Below the pieces are notes generated by a model, which saw only the letters and a list, made by a program, of their open reading frames with translations, was not told the origin of the DNA and searched no databases. Position numbers and translations under genes: made by a program. From the NCBI GenBank assembly GCA_950097015.1, contig CATNEN010000037.1, forward strand, positions 3,410,001 through 3,474,000: a stretch of 64,000 nt of DNA, read 5' to 3'. Every line of letters starts with the position of its first letter. Positions within the stretch are counted from its first letter, which is position 1. The stretch is from Macrostomum hystrix (lineage: Eukaryota > Animalia > Platyhelminthes). This document shows positions 24,349 through 36,000 of the stretch, piece by piece.

Positions 24349-26208
24349 TCACAGTTGAATCAAGTTCGTATTCAGCATGTAGTGCTCATAACAGCAGGCT
24401 CTATGAACTTGTGGCGAGGCAGCTGATTGATAGAACACAGAAACTGGATTTTTGTGCCACTTCCAGGTTCGAAATCCAATGCTGAAGAGACTTTGCCAGA
24501 TGCGTATGAAGCGGGCGTAGTCGCTCTTCTGACGCAAAAGCTCGCTTGTGTGCGACTCAAATAGCAGCTGCTTGACATTCTTCAGGCAGCCTTCGCTCAA
24601 CGCCTTCTCGAAGCTGACCCATTCCCAATGCTCAATATCAATCTTGAGTACATCTATCATACTGTCTTTGTATCCAAGCTCGGAAAACAATGTACACAAG
24701 GTCCGCATTTTCCAGCCATTCGACTCAACTTTATTCTCAGAAGAGAGTCCAGTTCGATAGAACCAGGATGTCTTCTTGCGCTGATGATCATTTACATTCG
24801 TCATGCTCGGATCGAACATGCAGACATTGCACTGGTACTTTTCAGCTAGTACATCGTCGTACGTCCAGATATTATTGATGCCAAATGAGAATGCAATGCA
24901 CGGCTTGCTTTTTCTGATGTTGTACTGCATGCTGAAGCAGACATCCCAGCCTCCGTCGCCAGCATCTCCGATCCGAATACTGTATGGGCAGCGTATGTGC
25001 TGCTGTTCCACAATTCCAAAGTACGCCACCTCAAGCTGAGCTGGCGTCATCGAATTCAAATTCATCGCGCGAACAACATTCGCTTGATCGTAGCTACTCG
25101 TCTTGCTAATCTTTATGCTGGCGAGGGGCGAAACCAGCTCCAAGTCAGGTGGATTCCGTGTCGGCTTACTGCCGGTCAGAAAGTTAATATTGATGTAATA
25201 CAGCTCATGGCAGCACGTGAGCTCTCGCCCATTGTTCAGACTGCTTCTAAAACTGCCGAACGTGTTCCAATTGTGATGCCACTGTCGAAAACCGAGGTCG
25301 TAAAGTGCTTTTAGGATGGAGAGGTATCGTTTTAACTCATTTGCAGTCTCGAACTTTGCAATGTGTGTCTCCAGAAGGAGTTGTTTCACATTTCTCAGTG
25401 AGCCATCGCGCAAAGCCGTTTCTAAAGCAGGCCATTCTGAGGACTCCACATCCAATTTGAGGATGTCAATAATATAGCTCTCAGCGCCGAAACGCCTCAA
25501 AAATCCAAGATAGCTGTCAACGGACCAAGAATTCAGTTTACCGTTGACTGAGTGGACTCCCTCCTTTAGGAAGGCCACATTTTCACTGTGCATGTGACTG
25601 TCCTGAGACATGCTTGGGTCGAATGTAAATACCTGGCACTTATAATTAGACGCCACCTCGTCGTCAAACTCCCAAATATTGTTTACACCGAAGGAGAAGC
25701 TAAAGCATGGCTGCTGGGGAGTGTACGGACCAACTAGGCACAAGTCCCAGCCGCCGTCATCCTTGCGTCCGAACCTGCGTGCCGTTGAGCAGTCGGCAGT
25801 AGTGTCCAGCACGGCATTCTCGTACAGGCTTTCCAGCTCAGCAGCAGTCATTCTCTCCAGCTCCTCTTCAGCGAGATTGTAGCGACTGTTACCAACGACG
25901 ATGCGGCCATTGCTGAAGCGATAAAATTTGAAATTTCTTCTACTGGTAGCCGATTCTCTGTGAGGTTCCGCGTTAACATTATTGGTCATTGATGCAAGCC
26001 GATTGTTGCTACTGTTGCTTCTTGTTCCGGGCTCCGCCATACCGTTGCTGCTGTGGCCAGATTTCTGAGAAATAATATATTCCTTGATTGCATTGTGCAA
26101 GTCTTCGTGGAAGCCATTGCGAACAGTGATCACGGCGAGTAGTGTCAGTACAAATATCACCAGCGAGCTGAAGGCACAGCGTTTGGTAATGATATTTGAG
26201 AGGGCCAT
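24349..26208 (-). CDS. METTL24: Type II membrane protein with two tandem METTL24/Methyltransf_22 (FkbM-like) domains
   Basis: Intronless ORF with first ATG at 26208 (619 aa); N-terminal TM anchor. Motif set present twice: RFGRKDDGGWDLC / RIGDAGDGGWDVC, FSFGVNN / FSFGINN, FDPS, DILKLDVESSEW / DVLKIDIEHWEW, LRNVKQLLLETH / LKNVKQLLFESH, CCHELYYIN / CCYEHYMLN. Confidence 0.9.
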   Translation of the reverse strand: MALSNIITKRCAFSSLVIFVLTLLAVITVRNGFHEDLHNAIKEYIISQKSGHSSNGMAEPGTRSNSSNNRLASMTNNVNAEPHRESATSRRNFKFYRFSNGRIVVGNSRYNLAEEELERMTAAELESLYENAVLDTTADCSTARRFGRKDDGGWDLCLVGPYTPQQPCFSFSFGVNNIWEFDDEVASNYKCQVFTFDPSMSQDSHMHSENVAFLKEGVHSVNGKLNSWSVDSYLGFLRRFGAESYIIDILKLDVESSEWPALETALRDGSLRNVKQLLLETHIAKFETANELKRYLSILKALYDLGFRQWHHNWNTFGSFRSSLNNGRELTCCHELYYININFLTGSKPTRNPPDLELVSPLASIKISKTSSYDQANVVRAMNLNSMTPAQLEVAYFGIVEQQHIRCPYSIRIGDAGDGGWDVCFSMQYNIRKSKPCIAFSFGINNIWTYDDVLAEKYQCNVCMFDPSMTNVNDHQRKKTSWFYRTGLSSENKVESNGWKMRTLCTLFSELGYKDSMIDVLKIDIEHWEWVSFEKALSEGCLKNVKQLLFESHTSELLRQKSDYARFIRIWQSLFSIGFRTWKWHKNPVSVFYQSAASPQVHRACCYEHYMLNTNLIQL

Positions 26209-26739
26209 GGCTCGCAATGCGCTGTTGGGTGTGCGGTTTTCTTGCTCCAGCCCCGATTTGCGGCTCGCACTCGGCTCTCGTAGTCACCTGCCGTGCTTGC
26301 GCTTTTATCTCGAACGAATAGAATGGAAAACCCTGACCCTCCGATAAGGAGAGCATTGGTGGCGAGGCGGGAAAGCTTATACCGAATGCCTGGTATTGGC
26401 GATAAGGTATAGTTAAAACCGAGGTTCAATCAGTTGCAATTTGCCAAGATAAAGAGGCTCGTAGCAATGGTATTAGCTATGTTTATAACGACCACTTCAG
26501 TGACCTACAGACCAATCACTTTATACTGCTAAAGTATAAAGTAAAATTACTCGCAAGCAGCTTTCTTTCTGATCGAGTAGCGTATTTTAGCTTTGCCTGT
26601 TTGAGGCGCACTGCTTGTCTTATATAAGCTTCATTTCTAATTGAGGCAAACTCCCGTTGCCATGCAGTTGCTGTCGGAACGCACTTCATATTTAGCATGC
26701 AGAAATAGTATAAAGATTGAGACACTAAATCTGACCTAG

Positions 26740-27002
26740 TTGTGTCTAATGTACAGCCAGTGGCGCATCCGCAGCTTTTGCGTGGCTGCGTACACAGCTG
26801 TTTAGTCCATGGATACTGGTCTCAATTTCTACCCAGCTAATGTTGGCAAACATTTTACAGCTGGGTGAATTGAAAGCCATGGAGAATTTAGTTGTCACAT
26901 ATGGACAACACATGGACACATCTTTTTTTCTCGGTCTCAGATTCAAACTCCAGACCTCTCGATCAGAAGTTCGCAGCTCCATCCCACTAGACATTACCTG
27001 CC
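26740..27002 (-). mobile_element. tRNA-derived SINE
   Basis: A-box-like GTAATGTCTAGTGG and B-box-like GAGTTTGAATC, central TTCACCCAGCTGTAAAATG; shares central and 3' sequence with the copy at 55370-55699. Confidence 0.65.
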
Positions 27003-27391
27003 GTAGGCTATAACTAAGGCTACATTTATGTACATGTAGTGTATTAGTATTATCTCATTACTCATTTACTTAATAAAAAGTGACTTCAACCAAAAAAGAG
27101 CTTGCAAAGCATAAAATATACAGAAACTAGGAAACTAAAGACCTTATAAAGGCTAAATTTCGTATGGTGCAAAATTATGCTGGCAAAACTCGGCCGTTTG
27201 CTGAAGATAAGTCAGCACACTTCCTGCAACGAGTCTCCACAGAGACAGCTGAAGTGTTTGTATAATCTATTTAAGTAATGCATGACAGGTTGCTCCATAG
27301 ATTTACACAGTATTTTTTATAGAAAGTCTTTGTTTGGTCATTAAATTAGGAAAATACTGTACATGCTCTCCAATCTCACCAGTGCATTTTT

Positions 27392-29316
27392 TTACGTAAA
27401 ACTACAATGGCGTTGTCCGACGCGTCGCCACAATTGAAAGCAGTCGTCGTTAATCGGCATGACAGTGTGAAGCACCCAGGCGAACACTAAAATGAACAAG
27501 AAGGGCACCAGCGTGTCCCCTCGGAGCACTCCAGAGGATGCGTCAAAAGGAGCCGATAGACCGTCCGGTGTCATAACAGCAGCTTTCGTGTCGTGGTACA
27601 TCGCAATCACGGCGGAAACCAACTGCTCTGGTACGAAATTAAGCGCGAAGCACAAATGATAGCGCGGCCCTCAACATGGACTTGAAAGCCTTCCATAAAT
27701 CAATGAAGATCAGTATGAAGGTCAACAGGCGGATACGCGCTTACCCGATGACTCGGCGAAGAGCTGCGATCCGCGCCACTGTGCCGCGATGGGGCCGGAA
27801 CCCGTTCTGCTCAGGCCGGAGGTACGGATTCAGCACCAAATGCAATCGGACCTGCAATAACAGGGATCCGCTTAAACAACTTCGCTGCGCAGGAATGCAG
27901 GCAGATGCCTCGGTGCTCCTCCAGCCTTGTGGTGCCCGGCTTCTTAGGAATGGCGATGACGTACCTCGATGATGGTCTACGCCATGGTCCACTCCTTGGC
28001 TGCCACCATGCCGAAAAGCACGCGGTTCATCACGCAGTGTAGCCGCAGCGCTTCGGTGGGCACTTCGCCCAGCGCTTTGCCACCTGATGACTTTTAGGCC
28101 AGGCCACATCGTCTTTGATGACCGGTGCCACGCTAAAACTCTCTGTCGACGGGCAGCCGAAGTGGCGCACGTTGACAGCGGCGGCGAAGAACTCGCTTGT
28201 TGCGGCGCTCGTCCAGAGTGTCGTCAGCCAAGTTCAAGTGAAGGCACAGTTTTTTCCTGTCAGAGCATTAATGGCGGACCAGGGCAGTCGACCTTTAGTC
28301 TCGGGACCATCGGCAGAAAGCCTTGATAGCGTCGTCCACGCGGCTTGCTGTGCTGCGCGTATACAGTTGCCAAGGCCTCCTGCGCCTTCCCTCGCTTGCT
28401 GGATTGCTGGTTCGCTCTGCTGCCCTTAAGCGAGACCGCTTGCTCTGCCGCGGCTCGAACTGCAGCACTGACCTCTGCGTAATCGGCGCTTTCACGCTTT
28501 CTGCCGAGCAGGGTGATAAAAGCGCTGACGAAACGGCGCGTGTGTTAGCGTCCCTTAGCGCACTTTAGTAATGCCGCGGTGGCCGCTTTGGCGGTTGATA
28601 GAGCGAGTCTTGTAAATTGATGAGGAGCCGGTAATCGGACCGCAGGACTAGCGGTGTACGTGATGGTGCGGCAATTGGCGATGCGGCGGCGCTCACGATT
28701 GCGCACCAGCAAGTTGTTCGAGCTGTGCAGCTTGCGGACGCGCGCGTTCCACCGCCTCCGTTCGCAACATACAAAGGTCGCGAGCTTGCCCAGTGGCTTG
28801 CGCTCCTTTGTTGCCGTTCTCACGTGGCGTGACGAAAAGCGACCGCCTGGACCTCCGCAGAGCAACGTTCAGGTCTCCAAAAACGGCCACAGAGTCGCGC
28901 TGCGCCATCTCCTCCACCAGCGCAGAGGGTTGCTCAAAGAAGGCTTGAGGAGCCTCATCAGGCCGAGTGGCAGGAGGAGCTTACGCGCAGAAAAAGCAAG
29001 CATTTCGGCTGCGAAGCCTAGCATCGACATGGAGCACCCAGTCAGACAAGGAGAGACAGCGACAGCTCTGCTATAGCCTCAGCCCGATCAGCTTCGCCAA
29101 CGCTCCTCCCCGCCAGTCAGCCTTTTGAGTGCGGCAGTTCAGTGTCCCGACCCCAAGTTCGCCTTCTAGTAAAGGCTGGGGCTCGATACCGTTGAGCCTC
29201 ACGGTCCCCGGCGCCAACCGAAGGATCCGAGGGACCGACGATAACAGCATTTCGACGGGTGGCACGACGCAGCTGGCCTCGCCGACGCTCAGCTCGTCGA
29301 CGCACGCTTCTTACGT
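27392..29316 (-). mobile_element. Degenerate non-LTR retrotransposon fragment (APE endonuclease plus N-terminal RT, RTE-like)
   Basis: Frameshifted motifs in order: VGTLNCRT, VFGDLN, RSDYRLL (SDH equivalent), IPKKPG..L..HRGI, LRPEQNGFRP.RG, FIDLWKAF, SGVLRGDTLVPFLFILV. No YADD or 3' tail. Sharp GC boundaries at both ends. Confidence 0.85.
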
Positions 29317-31376
29317 TATTTAAAAGAAAAAGAAATTCGTGTATACGATTGGGCAATAAACTAAATCGACGAATTAAGAATTTTGATTCCTTAATTTTTT
29401 GGTAGTCCTTGTGTATAGTCAGAGAGAAAATGATAACTATAGATGCATGGATATAAAACCTTAGGATTACAAGCGTACGAATTTTTTTCAATGATTTTCG
29501 CCCTACAAACGCGTGGCGACAGTGAAACTCAAAAGCTGCGACGAAACAAAAGCCGCAGTGGTTGGAAACGGGCGGCCGTGACGTCGAGCTGCCTAAAGAA
29601 TTTTTTTTAATTAAGGAGAATTAAGTTGCGAATATAGCTGGAGAATATTAGTATGGGGACGGAGCTCGCTAAAGCTTGTAGTCTCTGTAACACACTAAAA
29701 GTGGGGAACGAACCTCGCGCTGGCAGACCGAGACCGGTTTCTGGCTTGTTTGCCTTCGTCAGTCAGCCATAGCCACACGCAGTCCTCTCCCACCACTCTT
29801 AGTGTGCACAGAAGTCTCTTTTAAGCTAGCCATTTTTTATGGCGATATTTTTTGTGTTATGTGAGAGTTTTGCAGCCAAGTCTTTGCTCTTCTACTGTTG
29901 TCAGTAGTCTGAATTGTATCTCTCACAGTCTCCTCGAGAATAGAAACCTCGTAATTTTTCTCGTATCCCCTTTTCTCGATTATTTTTAATAGTCGGAATC
30001 GATAGAAATTTAATCTCGCTTGTTATCCTTGTTTTCTTCTATATAATTATTCCACAGTTGGATTGGCCCATATGTAGTGTCAGCTTGTTTGCCCTTCTAT
30101 TATTCAGTACTTGTTTTTAGACGTGTTTTTGCTAAGAGTTCACCCACGCCAAGCCGGGCCGGACCAGCTGGGGGAACGGACGCCCACCACCCCGCGAGCG
30201 CTACCCCTGGGCAACGGTCCCGGCCAATCAGCGAGCGACCCGGCCTCACTACCTGTCTACCCTCGGCAAGAAGCGACCCCGGGGCTCAGAACGGCGGTCG
30301 CAAGTCTACTGTGATTTGTCGCCTTGGCTCAAGCTACAGCCAGGCATCCACCTCGCCGATCGACCTAATTTGGGGTTAAAATGACTCTATAACGAAGCGT
30401 GTTTTTGTAGTCCAAATTATCTTTTCGCAATTCGCCTCACACTGTGAGAAGCACGTGCAAACTATAGTCCACTTGTTTTGTCCCTCCCCGCCCGACCACT
30501 CTCCGCTTGTTCAGTTAGGTAGCTTTCGGCGCTACGCGTCTTGAGAGTGCGCCGCTGACAAGGGTGGTCTAGATAGGCGCTTGTTGTCGAAGTCAGTACG
30601 TGCTCTCTTCGGAGACTCCGCCGTCAGGCAGAAGGAGTGCCAACCAATAGGATCTGTCGGGGCAGCGCTGAAAGCAGAGACAACCGGAGCCTCTCGGGAA
30701 GAGTAGGGCGTGGATGTAGGCCAGTTAAGTAAAATTGTTATATCCAAATTGTTAGACCGACTTGCTTCTCACTGTGAGCGCGCTATAATTTATTTCCGTG
30801 CGAACATCTATTCTGTCAGTATACTTTTAAGTCAAGTAAACGATATTCAAAGTAATTCCTATTCGTATCTGGAATCTTAGTCACAGCCGATTAACTCACT
30901 CCTAATCAAATTATTCGAGTCTTCGCGTTCATACTGTGTTATTCTTTTTCATTGGGAGTTTCGCCGGGCCGGAGGAACACCCGGGTCTCATCGCTTATCT
31001 ATTCCGCTTCGCTCGCTAACGCAGTCTCTAACGCTATTTAATTCCAGATTTCCCTGCTGCTATTGAAACGATTGGTAGGACACCGACCCCGGTGAATAGT
31101 GAATAGTCGCTAGCTTTAAATTCCTCACGCTCCAGCTAGGACATTCATTTTATTACACATAGACCGATAAATTTATTTATTTGGCCATTGAAATTTATCT
31201 GGCCGGGACAGATGAATATATACAATTTATCTGGCCCGGCAACATTAAATAAATAAATCATTAATTACTCGCAATTAATCATCATTAATTGGTCTATGGG
31301 CCAATCCAACTGTGCAATAAATACATTATCACCCACTTGTTTTGACTTATCTATGGCCGAAAACGTCTTCGGACAT

Positions 31377-31440
31377 CGTCTCGGCTTCGTCTCGGCTTCG
31401 TCTCGGCTTCGTCTCGGCTTCGTCTCGGCTTCGCCTCGGC
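31377..31440 (+). repeat. 11-bp tandem repeat (CGTCTCGGCTT)
   Basis: About 5-6 copies. Confidence 0.8.
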
Positions 31441-32134
31441 CAATAAACGAGTCCTCAGCCGTTGCCGGCCAAAAATTATAAAAAGAGGGTGATAACTTAT
31501 ACTTATTCACTCAACCTTTTCTCCCAGATCTCATTCTTCGAGCCAATGTTGAAGTGCGTTATGATGGCTTTATTTATTCAACACAAAAAAATTAGTTTTT
31601 TGGAAAAGATAGTCTTTCAGACAAATTTTTTGAATAAGTTTATCAAGGCTTTGATAAAGCCTTGTGCTTTTAAACTCGTGCTTTTTGTTAAAATACCCGT
31701 TCAAGTTTCACAGAATCATAAAACACTTTTAAATATTACAAGTATAGAAATTGTTATTATTCATAGTGCCTACAGGAAAACACTGAAACCAATTGGGCCA
31801 GGTATCATGCTGGTGAACTATCCATTAGAAGCTTCTTGCTTAGCTGCTCACACCTAGGTCAAATACCAAGGTTCAATGGCCTGGCTCATGATGGTTAAGT
31901 TAATTTCATCGAAGTGATCTGCAGCGAAGTGATTTCATCAAATTCATAAAAGGTGCTATACTTTACCAAAAATGGAAAAAAAAATGTATAAACAAAAAAT
32001 TTTTTTTTGCTTTTTTACTTTTCTATCCCTTTGTCTTTTGCATATATGAGCTTTGTGCATGTGACATATAAGCATCTTTGTGATATTATTGTATCCATAA
32101 AGTATATGACCATCTTTGAGGGTCATAACTCCGC

Positions 32135-32275
32135 CGTTGTCTAGTCCCAAGCCCAGACTGTGAAAGGAGGAGGGTGACTATTGCATATCCCCTTTTAAGA
32201 GCCTATACCCCTGTAGTGGACTGTAAAGGAAAATACTTTTTAGTATAATACAAGCAAGCAAGCAAGCAAGCAACA
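32135..32275 (+). mobile_element. Short RTE-related retroposon-like fragment with (CAAG)n tail
   Basis: GTCCCAAGCCC...AAAGGAGGAGGG resembles the conserved RTE 5' UTR motif as I recall it; followed by (CAAG)5. Confidence 0.35.
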
Positions 32276-33006
32276 TTTTCTTTTTTAGTATATTAGATGG
32301 CTCTTGTCTTGTTTTTAGGGTAATATACTAGCTTAGGTTTGAAGTTAAAAAATACACATTCTTGTTTGGTTGATGATAGATTACCCTATAGCTATTGTTT
32401 TGCTATCAAAGCCTACCCATTATACAAATTGAGATGGTTCAATTAATTTATATTTTTTGTTGTTAAGTTCTATGCACTAGGCCTTCTGTGCATTAAAATT
32501 ATGTTACACCATTTAATTTTAAGTAGAAAAAGTTGTCATGTTTTTTCTATAAACTATTTTACTATATACATATATAAAAATAATATTTTGATAAGTTTTA
32601 CTTCTAAAAATGATACTTTTAATTCATTCAGATAACACACCATAGCATAATAACACCATAGTTGCCTTGCTAGCTACATCATTTTAAATCTACACTCGTA
32701 CAAATACAACTCAAATATTGAATATAAAAAATTTCCTTGGTGAAATGATGTTTCTTTTCATCTTAACTTTTTTAGATGGAAATGTCTATACTTAATTTGT
32801 TTGTCACCTTTAGTGATGCAAAGTATGCATTGCTAAATAAAACAAACTGCTCATATTGCATGTTTCTTAATATTTTGTCATGATAGTGAAATAAATTATT
32901 TGTTAATTTTCATTTATTTGATTTCCTCTATTAAGCAAGAGCTAGGCTCATTTCAAATAAGCTCATAATCAGATAAGTATTATTTCATCTGATAACACTT
33001 TTAAAC

Positions 33007-33018
33007 CTTGTTTTTCAG
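33007..33018 (+). promoter_or_regulatory. 3' splice acceptor in the EDC3 5' leader (cis intron or trans-splice site)
   Basis: CTTGTTTTTCAG ending 33018, 64 nt before the ATG, after long AT-rich DNA with no obvious partner donor. Confidence 0.4.
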
Positions 33019-33082
33019 ATCAGCTTAAAAACAAAAGCATTTAATTGAAAGGCTTAACACACACATTAGGAATCTGTTTATC

Positions 33083-36000
33083 ATGAGCGAGTTCATAGGC
33101 GCCCAGTTGCAGCTAGGACTGTGGCCCACTGTTGGGTACATTTATTGGCACTGTTGTGGAGGTTAGCAATGAAAAGGTGACTATGAGTGAGGCCAGTCGC
33201 AATGGCGTGCCCAGCGATACCAGCTCTGTGACATTGCACAAGTCGTCTATTGTTAGCATTGTTATGCTTCAATCTAAGGAAACTTTAGCTATGGCTAAGA
33301 ATACTAAGAAGCAGCTAGATACTTCCCAGACACAGAAGAAAGTAGCTGCAGCAGCACCAGCGGCAGCGGTGTCAGCGGCTCCAGCTGCAGCTTCAGCTTC
33401 ATCTGCCGCCATCGCCAAGCAGCAGCGAACAGCTGAGAAGCTCAAGAGCATACCGAATGCTACACCGGCCTACATCTGCACTAGTCCGCCAGTGATGGCG
33501 CCTTCCTACTTTGCAGGTAGCAATAAGAAAAAACAACAGCAGCAGGGAGGAATAACTCCAACTAGAAAGACTCCAGTGGCGGAACAGCAGCATCGAAATG
33601 TATGTACGCTGAAATTTTAGTAGTACAGAGATCTTGGCAGCTGCGAAATAAATATGGGCTAGGAGACTGTAGCTCAATCATGTGATTGGGGAGGGGGTGG
33701 GTGGCAGAGCCTCTGCCTCTCGCGCCAAGGTCCCTGAGCTCGATTCCGCGGCAAGGCAACATTAATTTGGGGCGTAGCCGCGGAGAAAAGGCTTGGGGGC
33801 TTGTCGTACAAGTTACGCCCTTGAGGGCCAACCTCTAAAGTACAGTGAGGGTGTGTTCACTGCCTGGCGATGTCAGGGCAGATGTACACACCTGTGTGAG
33901 CGAAATGGGGAGAATTGCCTCCACGCTGGCTTGGGGTCTAGTGTCACCAATTGATTCGACATCGCCCACAGCATTCCAGCAATTCTTATTATGATTATGG
34001 GCTAGGGGACTGTAGCTCAATCATGGACTTGGCGACAGCTGTAGCACAGTATTTCATGTACATTAGCATTCGACTACATTTTGCAGCAACATGCGTCATC
34101 AGATTTCAATGCGGCTAATAACAACAACAGCAATAATGGCAGCGCATTTGTTCCCTACCGTGGAAGCAAACTGCCTCAGCAGCAGCAGCAGCAACAGCAG
34201 CAGCCTAGGCACAACGCGTTTAGCATGTCTGCCGGCGACATGATGGAAGAATTTGATTTTGAAGGCAATCTCGCTCTGTTTGACAAGCGCGCCTTCTACG
34301 AAATGGTAGACAGTGGCCAGACTCCAGAGCCGGATGTGGTTCGTACCGCCCAGCCGCCTCAGCCCGAACCCAAACTGCGGCCAGATCAGAGTGTGCTGCT
34401 GCCTGGCGGTCAGGCGCCGGCGACGCCTTCCATTGAGGTTCGTTAAACCAATATTGTCAGAGTCTCTGTTGGGTTTTATAGGTTAGGTCCTTCAGGACCG
34501 GCTTTAGGTCCTTCAGGACCGGCTTTAGGTCCTTCAGGGCCGGCTTTAGGTCCTTCAGGACCGGCTTTAGGTCCTTCAGGACCGGCTTTAGGTCCTTCAT
34601 GGCCGGCTTTAGGTCCTTCATGGCCGGCTTTAGGTCCTTCAGGACCGGCTTTAGGTCCTTCAGGACCGGCTTTAGGTCCTCCAGGACCGGTTTAGGTCCT
34701 TCATGGCCGGCTTTAGGTCCTTCATGGCCGGCTTTAGGTCCTTCATGGCCGGCTTTAGGTCCTTCAGGACCGGCTTTAGGTCCTTCAGGACCGGCTTTAG
34801 GTCCTTCAGGACCGGCTTTAGGTCCTTCAGGACCGGCTTTAGGTCCTTCAGGACCGGCTTTAGGTCCTTCAGGACCGGCTTTAGGTCCTTCAGGACCGGC
34901 TTTAGGTCCTTCAGGACCGGCTTTAGGTCCTTCAGGATCGGCTTTAGGTCTTTCAGGACCGGCTTTAGGTCTTTCAGGACCGGCTTTAGGTCTTTCAGGA
35001 CCGGCTTTAGGTCCTTCTTTAGGATATGTATCCTATCCTAAATATATAAATTCATTGATTAAACTTGCAGGTACCCTGCAAAGTTGACTGCCAGTTTACC
35101 ACAGACGTTGGCCTGCCTGTGCCCTCCGTAACAGAGGAGCTCCGGGTGGCTGTTTTATCTGCGGCCGACAAAGCCGGACTGACTGCAGCTCGCTTGGCGG
35201 AGGCCTTTGGTCGGAGTGCCGCCGAGTTCTTGGTGAGACTACAGCTGTCTCTTGGCTTAGAACTGGAATTTCTCGCATTAGAACTGGATTCTGTTACTTT
35301 AGAACAGGAATCTCTTACTTTACAACAGGAATCTCTCACATTAGAACAGGAATCTCTTACTTTAGAACAGGAATCTCTTACTTTACAACAGGAATCTCTC
35401 ACATTAGAACAGGAATCTCTCACATTAGAACAGGAATCTCTCACATTTGAACAGGAATCTCTCACATTTGAACAGGAATCTCTTACTTTAGAACAGGAAT
35501 CTCTTACTTTACAACAGGAATCTCTCACATTAGAACAGGAATCTCTTACTTTAGAACAGGAATCTCTTACTTTACAACAGGAATCTCTCACATTAGAACA
35601 GGAATCTCTCACATTAGAACAGGAATCTCTCACATTTGAACAGGAATCTCTCACATTTGAACAGGAATCTCTTACTTTAGAACAGGAATCTCTTACTTTA
35701 CAACAGGAATCTCTCACATTAGAACATGAATCTCTCACATTAGAACAGGAATCTCTCACATTTGAACAGGAATCTCTCACATTAGAACAGGAATCTCTCA
35801 CATTAGAACATGAATCTCTCACATTAGAACAGGAATCTTTCACATTAGAACATGAATATCTCACATTAGAACAGGAATCTTTCACATTAGAACAGGAACA
35901 TCTCACATTAGAACAGGAATCCCTTACCTTAAAATGCGAACCTGCCCCTGTCTTGAAAATGCGGTAAGTCGAGTATTGTATAATCATATTCATAAAAATC

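Noticed and set aside
34599-35087. GPALGPS collagen-like ORF
   Set aside because: 21-bp satellite in EDC3 intron 2; not Gly-X-Y and removed by good splice sites.
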